Positions 38,548 through 48,048 of a stretch of DNA of 64,000 nt are shown here, one piece after another. This DNA comes from Bacteroidota bacterium (GTDB lineage Bacteria; Bacteroidota; Bacteroidia; Sphingobacteriales; Sphingobacteriaceae): assembly GCA_040389845.1 (NCBI GenBank), contig JAZJZL010000157.1:86324-150323 (forward strand), written 5' to 3'. The position numbers were made by a program, and so were the translations under genes. The notes under the pieces are model-generated. The model saw only the letters and a program-made list of their open reading frames with translations. It made no database searches and was not told where the DNA came from. The stretch's first letter is position 1. Each line of letters opens with the position of its first letter.

Positions 38548-40818
38548 TCAGGTGTTAGTCAATTCATGCGGCGTTTGTTCAGGGCATTCTATTTTAAAAG
38601 TCACCCGTATCTGCACGCCGTTTTTATTGGTTATTTCAAATATGCCGTTTATCTGTTTGCTCAGGCCTTTCATCAGGCTCATGCCCAGCGAATGTACTTT
38701 ACCCAGGTCGAAATCATTTTGTAGCCCCTGGCCATTATCCTCAATCGCAAGCATTACCTGTTCCTGGCTCAATCGATTTAAAGCTATCCGGATAACGCCG
38801 CATTCATCTGTGGCATAAGCATATTTAATGGCATTGGTGATGGCCTCGTTCATAATAAGCCCGAGCGGTACAGCCTGCGTTACTGCCAGGTGAATATCTT
38901 CAATATTTTTTTCAAAGCCTATCCTGCCGCCGGTATCTGCGCTTTCCTTCAGGTAGCTAACAAGTTCGTTAATATACTCGGGCATGTTAATCAGGTCCAG
39001 GTTTTCGGACTGATACAATTTCTGATGTATGAGTGCTATGGAGTGCATCCTGCTTTCACTGTTCTGTATGGCCTGCAGGGCAGCTTCATTATCGATGTAG
39101 GCGGATTGACGTTGCAACAGCCCCATTACAATTTGCAGGTTATTTTTAACGCGGTGATGTACTTCTTTTATCAGCCATTCCTTTTCTTTTATCAATTCAT
39201 CTTTTTCGCTCACCAATACATTCAACGCAATATTACTGCGCCGTTTAGCACTGTAATTAGTATATATCAGTGCCAATAACCCAACAAGTAAAGCACTGCC
39301 GACAAGGGTTAGATTCCTGGTGTCATTTGCCTGTGCGGTTTTCTCACGCTCAAGTACGCTGTCTTTTTTTAAAGATTCTATGTCGCGTTCTTTTTGTTTC
39401 GTTTCAAACTGAACCTGCAGTTCCTGAAACTTTTTGTTTTTTTCAATATTGAAAATGGAATCATTAAAAACCTTATACTGAATATGGTGCTGTAATGCCG
39501 AAGCGTAGTTCCCGTCTGCCGAGTCGATTTTATACCGGATAAGATGATAATCTCTCAACCGCGTTATGGCAAAACCGCCGTGAAGATCTTCATCAAGGTA
39601 AAATGCCGCTTTTTTATAGTCATTCCGCCTGATATAGAATTTAGCTACGTCGTATTTGGCCAGGGAAACAATTTCATCAGTTTTTGTATATCCGAATAAT
39701 TTAAGCGCCAGTAAATACATCTCTTCAGCCTTTTTATAGTTTCCGGCAGCATCATAACAATAAGCCTTTATCTGGCTTATTATAGCCTTGTTGTAGTCGC
39801 CATCCGGCGGATGGCGTTTTTCGATTCCCCAGGCCGTGCTAAATGCCTCGCCATATTTTTTTTCCTTTATTAATCCCTGCACAATAAACCCGGCTGTTCT
39901 GTATTTAAACTCAAGCTTTATGTTCATGTTTTCTCTAAGGGCAAGTGTTCTTTTATACCATATAATACTATTTTCCGTTTGCCCCAGTGCATCATAAATA
40001 AGCGCGAGCTCGCCAAATAGTTGCGATTGCATAGCGATTTTATCATTATAAAGCTGGCTCTTTTCTAACAGCTTTATACTTTCCAGAGCATATGATAATG
40101 ATTTATCTACATTGCCCTTATACCGCTGAACATGTGCGAGCACGTAATAAAGTTTTACAAACTCCGGACGTGAGCTGTCGGGGTATTTGGTGATGCCTCT
40201 CATACAAGCGGCTTCCGCCTGGTCATACTGGCCATACACAAAATAAGCAGCGGCTGTATTCATATAAGCGTCAATTTCGTCGCCTATATCTCCGCAGGCT
40301 ATAAAAAGAGTTATCGAATTTTCGCACGCTTTGATTATTTGCGTCAGCAAGTCCGCCGGCCGGGCATTCCACCGCGCGTTCGAAACAGCTTTGGCGAATC
40401 TTAACCATGTTTTTCCCTCCATCTTCTTGTTCCCTGTCTTTTGGTAATAATTCCAAACCTGTGTAAAACAAGCCCTGCCCGGCGCTAATTGAGTTTTTGA
40501 AAGATATACCTCTCCCATACTGCACAAGCTCTCCTGTCTGCCGCTGCCAATTTCCACGTGGAGCTGATTGCTTAAATCGAGTTCTTTTTTAAAAAAGAAT
40601 AAAGCGCTGTCGAGATCGGCTGCATCCAGTTTAAAACGGCGCAGGTAATAATAGTTTCCGAGTTGATGTATGGCATTAAGTTTAAAGGTGTCGGCCCGCG
40701 GTTTTTTTAAAGTTTCCTGCAGACTATCAACACTTTTTTTGGGGATGATTTGACAAAAGCACAGGCCAACCGGCACAAGAATAAAAAACAAAAGAGAACC
40801 AGCTTTTGATATTGTCAT
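38548..40818 (-). CDS. TPR-containing sensor histidine kinase (HisKA_2 type)
   Basis: TPR ectodomain, TM helix, KEVHHRVKNNLQ H-box, NEAITNAIKYA N-box, DNGQG and SLGM. Start refined to ATG at 40818. Confidence 0.92.
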   Translation of the reverse strand: MTISKAGSLLFFILVPVGLCFCQIIPKKSVDSLQETLKKPRADTFKLNAIHQLGNYYYLRRFKLDAADLDSALFFFKKELDLSNQLHVEIGSGRQESLCSMGEVYLSKTQLAPGRACFTQVWNYYQKTGNKKMEGKTWLRFAKAVSNARWNARPADLLTQIIKACENSITLFIACGDIGDEIDAYMNTAAAYFVYGQYDQAEAACMRGITKYPDSSRPEFVKLYYVLAHVQRYKGNVDKSLSYALESIKLLEKSQLYNDKIAMQSQLFGELALIYDALGQTENSIIWYKRTLALRENMNIKLEFKYRTAGFIVQGLIKEKKYGEAFSTAWGIEKRHPPDGDYNKAIISQIKAYCYDAAGNYKKAEEMYLLALKLFGYTKTDEIVSLAKYDVAKFYIRRNDYKKAAFYLDEDLHGGFAITRLRDYHLIRYKIDSADGNYASALQHHIQYKVFNDSIFNIEKNKKFQELQVQFETKQKERDIESLKKDSVLEREKTAQANDTRNLTLVGSALLVGLLALIYTNYSAKRRSNIALNVLVSEKDELIKEKEWLIKEVHHRVKNNLQIVMGLLQRQSAYIDNEAALQAIQNSESRMHSIALIHQKLYQSENLDLINMPEYINELVSYLKESADTGGRIGFEKNIEDIHLAVTQAVPLGLIMNEAITNAIKYAYATDECGVIRIALNRLSQEQVMLAIEDNGQGLQNDFDLGKVHSLGMSLMKGLSKQINGIFEITNKNGVQIRVTFKIECPEQTPHELTNT

Positions 40819-41055
40819 GCTGTGTAATAATGGAATACCTGTAAAATTGCGCCGCTTAGCAAAACGTCCCGACAACGGGAAACAGCCGCTAAAACATGAT
40901 TTGTTATACTTAGCTAAGATACCTTATTAGTCGCGTTTGCACTAGCCATAATTCTGCCAATTTTGGCAAATGACCGCTTTGAGCAATAAATAACAGGTTT
41001 CTTATTCAGAATCTGTCCTGAGATTCAGGAAGATTAAGGTTAAAGTAAAAATTCT

Positions 41056-41107
41056 ACCACGATATATCGTGGTGTGTTCGAAAAGCCCACAACGATATAT
41101 CGTTGTG
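41056..41107. promoter_or_regulatory. Twin perfect palindromes with an ACGATATATCGT core; candidate activator binding sites
   Basis: ACCACGATATATCGTGGT (41056-41073) and CACAACGATATATCGTTGTG (41088-41107), with centres 33 bp apart. Confidence 0.65.
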
Positions 41108-41358
41108 TAATTAGTCGTATCAGCGTGTACCTGACACAATACTTTGTGCCTCCCGAATGCAAGTTCAACAACAAACAATAGTACCTGTTCATCAATATCT
41201 TACGGTCGATCCGAAAGGGTGATTTAAATTTCCATTGTCGGCATAACCTAATAAGGTGTATATTTAATCACCCCTGTGTTGCCGTTTCATCGATTTATTC
41301 CGGAATATCTTCCAAACAAATCGCCGTTTATTTTATTCATCCCATAAAAACATTTTAA

Positions 41359-42459
41359 ATGCCTGTAAAAATTAAAGACCAGCCTTTTTATATACAAAGC
41401 ACCGTCGTGCTGTTCGGAATAATTTTATTGGTGTATATAATGTCGCAACTAGCAGACATATTGGTACCGCTGGCGTTCGCAGCTTTCCTGGCTATCTTGC
41501 TCAATCCCCTTTGCAACTGGCTGCAGCGCCATAAATTCGGCAGGGGATTGTCAATAGCGACCGCGATGTTTATTGCTTTATGCGCCGTTACCGGGCTATT
41601 CTACTTTTTATCAGTACAGATTATCCAGTTTGGGGATGCCTTCCCGATGCTCGAAAAAAAGTTTTCGGCAATTACACTCGACTTAAAACAGTGGATAGCC
41701 ACAAACTTTAACATCGCCGTAAGCAAGCAGGAAGCGATGGTAAAAAATGCCCTTAGCAACAGCCAGGCCATGGTTGGCAAAACTTTAAATGGCGTACTGG
41801 GCACCCTTGGCGTTGTGTTGCTGCTGCCGGTTTATATTTTCTTTATGCTGCTGTACAAAACTTTAATCCTGAATTTTTTGTACGAGGTATTTTCTGAAGA
41901 GAACTCAAAAAAGGTAGGCGAAATTTTAAGCGAAACCAAAAGTGCTATCCAAAGCTATATCATGGGCCTGCTTATCGAAACTACTATCGTTGCCGTTTTA
42001 AATTCAGCAGCTTTACTATTGCTGGGCGTAAAATACGGCATTTTAATTGGCTGCATCGGCGCTATACTTAATTTGATACCTTACCTGGGCGGTATCATTG
42101 CTATCGGCCTGCCCATATTAATGGCTACCGTGACTAAAGACGGGTATTCAACACAGATTGGTGTTATCGTCGCCTACCTGGTTATTCAATTTATCGATAA
42201 CAATATCCTGGTTCCTCGTATCGTATCATCAAAAGTGCAGATCAATGCTTTAATGTCGATAATAGTGGTGCTGCTGGGCAACCAGCTTTGGGGCATCTCA
42301 GGCATGTTTTTATCCATTCCGTTTGTGGCGGTATTAAAAATCATCTTCGACCGCATAGATGAGCTGAAACCGTGGGGTAAGCTGCTTGGCGACAATATCC
42401 CCACCAAAACCATGGGCGAACGATGGAGCAACAAGCGAAAAAAGGCCATACTGGATTAG
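41359..42459 (+). CDS. AI-2E family transporter
   Basis: ILVPLAFAAFLAILLNP, NLIPYLG, IQFIDNNILVPRIV and GISGMFLSIP. Confidence 0.93.
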   Translation: MPVKIKDQPFYIQSTVVLFGIILLVYIMSQLADILVPLAFAAFLAILLNPLCNWLQRHKFGRGLSIATAMFIALCAVTGLFYFLSVQIIQFGDAFPMLEKKFSAITLDLKQWIATNFNIAVSKQEAMVKNALSNSQAMVGKTLNGVLGTLGVVLLLPVYIFFMLLYKTLILNFLYEVFSEENSKKVGEILSETKSAIQSYIMGLLIETTIVAVLNSAALLLLGVKYGILIGCIGAILNLIPYLGGIIAIGLPILMATVTKDGYSTQIGVIVAYLVIQFIDNNILVPRIVSSKVQINALMSIIVVLLGNQLWGISGMFLSIPFVAVLKIIFDRIDELKPWGKLLGDNIPTKTMGERWSNKRKKAILD

Positions 42460-42496
42460 CGTACAGCACATCTGTTTCAATTGTATATTTGCCTTC

Positions 42497-42958
42497 ATGG
42501 GCACAATTACCTTAAAAAGAACGGACAGCGGCGACACGGATTTTCGCCTGTTGATAAAAGAGTTAGACACCGACCTGCGCCAGCGTAATGGCGATGTTAT
42601 GGACATATATGATGGCCACAACGTTATTGAGCAAATTGACACCGTTGTAATAGCTTACCTGGACGGTCGCCCCTTAGGCTGCGGTTGTTTTAAAAATTAT
42701 AGAAACGATACAGTCGAGATAAAACGCATGTATGTGCGCCCCGGCGCAAGAGGAAAAGGCATCAGTCGAATGATTTTAACTGAGCTGGAAAACTGGGCAA
42801 AATCACTCGGTTTTAGATATGTGGTACTGGAAACCGGCACCAAACAGCAGGAAGCATTAGGTTTATACAACAGGGCAGGATACAGCAATATCCCCAGCTA
42901 TCCGCCGTACATCGATTTGCCTGACAGCATTTGTTTTAAAAAGAGTTTATTGGGTTAA
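42497..42958 (+). CDS. GNAT family N-acetyltransferase
   Basis: EIKRMYVRPGARGKGIS, LETGTKQQEALGLY. Start refined to ATG at 42497, just after a TATATTTG (-7-like) motif at 42484. Confidence 0.9.
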   Translation: MGTITLKRTDSGDTDFRLLIKELDTDLRQRNGDVMDIYDGHNVIEQIDTVVIAYLDGRPLGCGCFKNYRNDTVEIKRMYVRPGARGKGISRMILTELENWAKSLGFRYVVLETGTKQQEALGLYNRAGYSNIPSYPPYIDLPDSICFKKSLLG

Positions 42959-42974
42959 AATTGAATCATTCACT

Positions 42975-43115
42975 GTAGAGACACAATACTTTGTGTCTCC
43001 CCCAGGAAAGGTTTGCGCCATGCATTTATGCTTAAATGCCGGTATGTTTGATACCTTGAGATCGCAAATATTGGGCTACCTGTCCTGTGGGAGCCGCGAT
43101 GCATCGCGGCTCTAC
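42975..43115. repeat. REP-like palindromes (GTAGAGAC family)
   Basis: GTAGAGACACAATACTTTGTGTCTC and GAGCCGCGATGCATCGCGGCTCTAC. Confidence 0.7.
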
Positions 43116-43196
43116 GCTGGTCATCTTACCAGAAATATAAATAATCTCTAAAATATTCCGGGCGGTCAATCGTCAACAATAGTATAAGCTTATTAC

Positions 43197-43661
43197 ATGT
43201 ATTTAATTTTACTCCCGCTTCATTCACTCGTCCGCTGGCTGGTTTTGCTTAGCCTGTTATTTGCCATTTATCGCGCCTACCGGGGCTGGCTTGGTAAAAC
43301 GCCCTATAACAAGGTCGACGAGCGCACCCGGATGATTACCACCACCATTGCGCATGTACAATTGGTGATTGGCTTATGGCTTTATTTCATCAGCCCTATT
43401 GTAAACTATTTCCTGCACAATTTTAAGGCGGCCGTGCATGAGCGGGTTATCCGCTTTTTCGGAATGGAACATATAACGATGATGCTGATTGCCATTACAC
43501 TAATCACCATCGGCGCAGCAAAAGCCAAACGCAAAACAACCGATGCCGACAAATTCAAAACTATGGCGATATTGTTTACCATAAGCCTGTTGCTCATCTT
43601 AAGCTCTATACCCTGGTCGTTTTCACCGTTGATCAGCAGGCCGTTGTTCAGGGCGTTTTAG
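43197..43661 (+). CDS. Four-helix membrane protein (cytochrome b-like)
   Basis: LHSLVRW, HVQLVIG and EHITMM give His residues in TM helices; ends IPW. Confidence 0.75.
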   Translation: MYLILLPLHSLVRWLVLLSLLFAIYRAYRGWLGKTPYNKVDERTRMITTTIAHVQLVIGLWLYFISPIVNYFLHNFKAAVHERVIRFFGMEHITMMLIAITLITIGAAKAKRKTTDADKFKTMAILFTISLLLILSSIPWSFSPLISRPLFRAF

Positions 43662-43726
43662 CATTTTACATTTTCAACCTGCAGGCATGTTGCAATAACA
43701 ACTATATTTAGGGAAATTTCACGAAT

Positions 43727-44692
43727 ATGAAATCTTTCCGAATACTCTTATATACGGCGCAGGCGTTAATATTCCTCCAAAGCTGTGGCGGCAACATGAT
43801 AAAAAACAAAACCGGCGACTCGACGCAATCGGTTACAGTCGATAGCACCCCAAAGAACCAAGCCGCCGTCGTAGTTGTGCCAAAAGCCAACACCAATTTA
43901 ACTGTCAACAGCGAACAAGACCTTATTGGGTATTGGGTAGGTCTCTTTAAGCCGGATACTACTGAAAACGTTATATTAACCGGTGAACAGGTAGCGTGGG
44001 ATTTTTCGAACAAAATAAACATCTCTATCGATTCCATTAGCGGAGATAAAATTATCGGCCACAGTGTGGTGGCAGGCAACGTACGCCCGTTTAAAGGCAC
44101 TGTTAGTAAAGATAGCGGCGCCTGGCATGTGGACGCACAAGAGCCGGGCGACGATAAATACGATGGCAAGTTTACATTCGCCATCGCAACAGGCGATTCG
44201 ACCCTGGCAGGCATTTGGACCGCCAATAAAAAAATAAGGATACCGCATAGGAAGTACCGGCTCACAAAAAAAATATTTAAATACGATCCTGCTGTAAAAA
44301 TGGACCAAAGCCGCTATGTGGACTGGACGAAAAAGAAGACCAAGCATGTTATAGATAAAGAGGCAGACTATAATGGATACGATGAATCTTTCTTTGCCGC
44401 TTCGTGGGATGCCAGTAAATACAACGCATCGACTAGGTTGCTGACAAAAGAAGAGGTATCGAATCTAAAAAAAGGCGACATATTTGTTATACGGAACGCT
44501 ATTTATGCAAGGCATGGCTACTCCTTTAAAAACCAGCAATTACGGGCTTATTTTGATAAACAATTGTGGTATATACCAATAAGCGCCGATGTAAAAAACG
44601 ACTTTACCGAAATCGAAAAAAAGAATATCGAGCTACTGCTCCGGTTCGAGAAGAATGCAAAAGAATACTATGACGAGTTTGGGCGCGGATAA
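43727..44692 (+). CDS. YARHG-domain lipoprotein
   Basis: Lipobox LQSC; literal IRNAIYARHGYSF near the C-terminus. Confidence 0.92.
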   Translation: MKSFRILLYTAQALIFLQSCGGNMIKNKTGDSTQSVTVDSTPKNQAAVVVVPKANTNLTVNSEQDLIGYWVGLFKPDTTENVILTGEQVAWDFSNKINISIDSISGDKIIGHSVVAGNVRPFKGTVSKDSGAWHVDAQEPGDDKYDGKFTFAIATGDSTLAGIWTANKKIRIPHRKYRLTKKIFKYDPAVKMDQSRYVDWTKKKTKHVIDKEADYNGYDESFFAASWDASKYNASTRLLTKEEVSNLKKGDIFVIRNAIYARHGYSFKNQQLRAYFDKQLWYIPISADVKNDFTEIEKKNIELLLRFEKNAKEYYDEFGRG

Positions 44693-44694
44693 TT

Positions 44695-45375
44695 ATGCAG
44701 GCAGTTAAAAATCTATATTTTAAAAGAACCGGACAAGTTGCCTGGTATGCCGCATTGCTATTTTTTAGCTACCTGATGCTGCTGATTACCCTGCAATATA
44801 TTCCCGCCCGAAGAGATGCTGCTTTCCTGCTCACCAAATTCGATGTGGTGGGGATGCTGCATTACCGCATAGCATTTTTTGCGCATGTTTATAGTGCCAT
44901 GTTTGTGCTGCTGGCAGGTATAATACAATTTTCGGCAGCAATGCGCAGGCGTTACCCGGCACAGCACCGCTGGGCTGGCAGAGTTTACGCTTACCTCATC
45001 ATATTTATTACCGGCCCGGCCGGCTTCATCATGGGGATTTATGGTAACGGCGGCTGGATAAGCCAATCGGCATTTTGCTTGCTGGCAGTTTTATGGGTGA
45101 TTTTTACCTGGAAAGCCGTTGCAGCGGCCATTGCCGGGAAAATGCAGGCGCATAAAGACTGGATGTACCGCAGCTATGCATTAACCCTGTCGGCCATCAC
45201 CTTAAGGTTTTGGAAGTGGCTGTTTGTATGGCTATTTCAACCCCGACCAATGGACGTTTACCACGTAGTTTCGTGGCTGGGCTGGGTAGGCAACCTGCTG
45301 ATAGCCGAAGTACTGATTTATTATGCCTTAAAGAAACGCAATAAACGGGTTGAACGCATGCTCGAAGCTGCGTAG
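44695..45375 (+). CDS. DUF2306 family membrane protein
   Basis: FFAHV, HRWAGRVY and AHKDWMYRSYALT motifs. Confidence 0.85.
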   Translation: MQAVKNLYFKRTGQVAWYAALLFFSYLMLLITLQYIPARRDAAFLLTKFDVVGMLHYRIAFFAHVYSAMFVLLAGIIQFSAAMRRRYPAQHRWAGRVYAYLIIFITGPAGFIMGIYGNGGWISQSAFCLLAVLWVIFTWKAVAAAIAGKMQAHKDWMYRSYALTLSAITLRFWKWLFVWLFQPRPMDVYHVVSWLGWVGNLLIAEVLIYYALKKRNKRVERMLEAA

Positions 45376-45401
45376 ATTTGCCTGTAAGCCCTCTATAAAT
45401 T

Positions 45402-46196
45402 ATGAAACGACGCTCATTTGTAAAATCAACCCTTATTGGCAGTACCGCTGCGGCTGTTCTGCCTGGAGCAAGCTATGCCATGAATACCGACACACCAAAC
45501 ACCGCCGAATACTGCGAGCTCAGGACTTATCATTTAAAAGATGAGGCCCAGCAAAGGCTGGTAGAAGATTTTTTTAAAAACGCCGCTATCCCCGCATTCA
45601 AACGGGCCGGTGTTAAGCATGTTGGTGTGTTTACCGAGATGAAGCCGGAAGGCCAGACCAAAATATTTGCGCTGATACAATACAATGGGCCAAGTCATGT
45701 TGATGCGGTAAACAATGCGCTCGAAAATGACAAAGAATATCAGCGGAAAGGCGCGGCTTACCTCAACGCACCGGCAACACAACCTGCTTATGAGCGTATT
45801 GAAAGTTCGTTGCTAAAGGCATTCAAAAAATTCCCTTCGCTTACTGCTCCCGAAAAGAAAATCCGCGTTTTCGAGCTGCGTCAATATCAAAGCGCCAGCG
45901 AAGCTGCCGGCAAAAAAAAGATAGAAATGTTTAACGACCGCGGCGAGATAGACATCTTCAAACGCCTTGGCTTTAACCCGGTTTTCTGGGGCGAAACGGT
46001 AATTGGCCCGTTGCGGCCAAATCTTACTTATATGCTTACTTTCGATAACATGGAAGAAAAAGCCTCGCATTGGCAGGATTTTGTAAACGACACCCAATGG
46101 CACGAAATAAGCGCTGTACCCGATTATGCCGATGCCCTGCTGGTAAGTAAAATAACGTCGATTATGCTGGTGCCGGCTGAATTTTCGCAGATATAA
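45402..46196 (+). CDS. NIPSNAP family protein with Tat-like signal
   Basis: MKRRSFVK signal; two NIPSNAP repeats (YCELRTY, VFELRQY); PVFWGETVIG. Confidence 0.9.
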   Translation: MKRRSFVKSTLIGSTAAAVLPGASYAMNTDTPNTAEYCELRTYHLKDEAQQRLVEDFFKNAAIPAFKRAGVKHVGVFTEMKPEGQTKIFALIQYNGPSHVDAVNNALENDKEYQRKGAAYLNAPATQPAYERIESSLLKAFKKFPSLTAPEKKIRVFELRQYQSASEAAGKKKIEMFNDRGEIDIFKRLGFNPVFWGETVIGPLRPNLTYMLTFDNMEEKASHWQDFVNDTQWHEISAVPDYADALLVSKITSIMLVPAEFSQI

Positions 46197-46212
46197 AGGT
46201 CTCCTTTCACGT

Positions 46213-46245
46213 AGATTTGACAACTTTTTAAAAGTTGTCAAATCT
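46213..46245. repeat. 33-nt palindrome, copy 1
   Basis: AGATTTGACAACTTTT-T-AAAAGTTGTCAAATCT. Confidence 0.9.
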
Positions 46246-46256
46246 AATACATCGCC

Positions 46257-47147
46257 ATGACAACAACCATCGTCATCCCCCAACCCGAATTATTTAGCTG
46301 GACGGAATGCCTGTGGTTTTTAAACCGGGGCTTTGACGACTGCATGTACAAAATATCGGGCAATACTGTCCGCCGCGCTTTTGATATCGGAAGTGAGAAA
46401 ATACTGGTAGAAATTTCGCACACCGGCAACGAATTGATAATAGATCATCTTACCGGCGAACCATCGCCTAAAGCCGCAGCACATATCAGTAAATTCATAA
46501 CCGATTGGTTCGACCTTGATACTGATTTGGCCCCATTTTATCAATTACTGGCAAATCACCAATCCGTGGCAAACATGCATCCCCTGTATCATGGCTTGCA
46601 TCTTGTTGCCATGCCCGATTTATTTGAGGCGATTGCATGGGGCATCCTGGGTCAGCAAATAAACCTCACTTTCGCCTATAAGCTTAAACGCCGGCTGGTT
46701 GAGCAATACGGCGCAACATTAGCCTTCGAAGGGGAAACCTATTATATCTTTCCATCGCCCGGGGTATTGAAAAACGCTGATGCCGGCGATTTGCGCGAGT
46801 TACAATTATCCGGCAGCAAGGCTATATATCTCATCAATATTGCGCAGTACTTTGCCGATGGTAGTCTTAGCCGTGAAATACTGTTGACATTGCCCGACTT
46901 TCAATCACGCCAAAAATATCTAACCAGCATAAAAGGCATCGGCACCTGGACTGCCAACTACGTGCTGATGAAAAGCCTGAGCGAACGTGCCTGCATACCT
47001 TATGGCGATGCCGGTTTGCTGAATGCCCTGGTGGACAGGCAACTCATCACCCATAAACAAGATAAAGCTGCGTTTGGTGCTTTTTTTGAAAGCTTTAAAG
47101 GATGGGAAGCCTATATGGTGTTTTATTTGTGGCGAAGCTTGGCGTAG
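46257..47147 (+). CDS. alkA: DNA-3-methyladenine glycosylase II (AlkA family)
   Basis: FEAIAWGILGQQI, HhH motif LTSIKGIGTWTANY, catalytic-site P.GD and C-terminal YLW. Confidence 0.88.
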   Translation: MTTTIVIPQPELFSWTECLWFLNRGFDDCMYKISGNTVRRAFDIGSEKILVEISHTGNELIIDHLTGEPSPKAAAHISKFITDWFDLDTDLAPFYQLLANHQSVANMHPLYHGLHLVAMPDLFEAIAWGILGQQINLTFAYKLKRRLVEQYGATLAFEGETYYIFPSPGVLKNADAGDLRELQLSGSKAIYLINIAQYFADGSLSREILLTLPDFQSRQKYLTSIKGIGTWTANYVLMKSLSERACIPYGDAGLLNALVDRQLITHKQDKAAFGAFFESFKGWEAYMVFYLWRSLA

Positions 47148-47154
47148 TCCGAAA

Positions 47155-47187
47155 AGATTTGACAACTTTTAAAAAGTTGTCAAATCT
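47155..47187. repeat. 33-nt palindrome, copy 2
   Basis: AGATTTGACAACTTTT-A-AAAAGTTGTCAAATCT, the exact reverse complement of copy 1. Confidence 0.9.
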
Positions 47188-47192
47188 AATTA

Positions 47193-47987
47193 TCATCCCT
47201 TCACCCAATTCACCGCTAACCCAATAAACGCCTCGTTCACAAACGGAAACACCGTTACATTGGGTATATGATTTACCTCGAGCAAATATTTCTCACCGTT
47301 ATGGCCCACCATATAATCAATACCGATTGTCTCCAATTTAAAATGCCTGGCAATATTACGCGCATCTTCCAGCAGTCCACCATCAACAAGCATCGCATCA
47401 GAACCCTCATTATGGATGGATTTGAGCCAGGTATCGCCGGTTAACTTTATCTGCCAATAATGATTGCCTACAATCATTATCCTAACAGCTTCTCCCACAA
47501 TAAACTCTTCAATTACCGAGGTCTCGGTGCTGGTCCATTCGCCTATAAATTTTGCTTTGTCCTCGCCGCAATGCCATATCCCCCATTTGGCAACAACTTC
47601 GGTACCCGCAAAATAGTCATCGCTTCCAATAAGCATACCGCGTTTTATATCCGAATACTTAGAAACCTGCAAGGCACGGGCTAAGCCTGGAATGCGCTGG
47701 CGTAAATCCATCATGCCGACAGCATTCGGTAAACACGGCCCGTTCCAAAGCGCCAGCAGCGTGATAAAATCGACATCATGCTCAAAAATCCCATGAAATA
47801 TAACTTTATCAACAGCCAAAAACCTTCCCGGTACCGAGGGGCTTTCCACACTCAATTCACCCTCGACAAGCTTAACTTTTGGCAAGCAATCGTAATGCAC
47901 TACCAGATATTCAAGCCCAAGGTTTTGCTTCAATACGGAAACTTCAGTTTCTTCAAGGCCAACGATTAAGATTCTCTTTCGGTCCAT
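47193..47987 (-). CDS. Stand-alone ATP-grasp-fold protein (RimK/GshB-like)
   Basis: VVAKWG, VIEEFIVGEAVRIMIVG and C-terminal IGIDY...YLLEVNHIP (D...ExN) motif. Confidence 0.72.
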   Translation of the reverse strand: MDRKRILIVGLEETEVSVLKQNLGLEYLVVHYDCLPKVKLVEGELSVESPSVPGRFLAVDKVIFHGIFEHDVDFITLLALWNGPCLPNAVGMMDLRQRIPGLARALQVSKYSDIKRGMLIGSDDYFAGTEVVAKWGIWHCGEDKAKFIGEWTSTETSVIEEFIVGEAVRIMIVGNHYWQIKLTGDTWLKSIHNEGSDAMLVDGGLLEDARNIARHFKLETIGIDYMVGHNGEKYLLEVNHIPNVTVFPFVNEAFIGLAVNWVKG

Positions 47988-48018
47988 TTTTTTGTGTTTT
48001 TAGTTAATAAATATTTAA

Positions 48019-48048
48019 TGGTGCCCAGAACGAGATTCGAACTCGTAC
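48019..48048 (-). mobile_element. Displaced 3' end of a tRNA (Leu-like); att-like integration scar
   Basis: Minus strand GTACGAGTTCGAATCTCGTTCTGGGCACCA gives T-stem ACGAG/CTCGT, loop TTCGAAT, acceptor strand TCTGGGC, discriminator A and CCA. No D or anticodon arm lies upstream. Confidence 0.8.

Noticed and set aside
41157-41222. 21-aa ORF MQVQQQTIVPVHQYLTVDPKG downstream of the twin palindromes
   Set aside because: No homology or translation evidence; could be chance.
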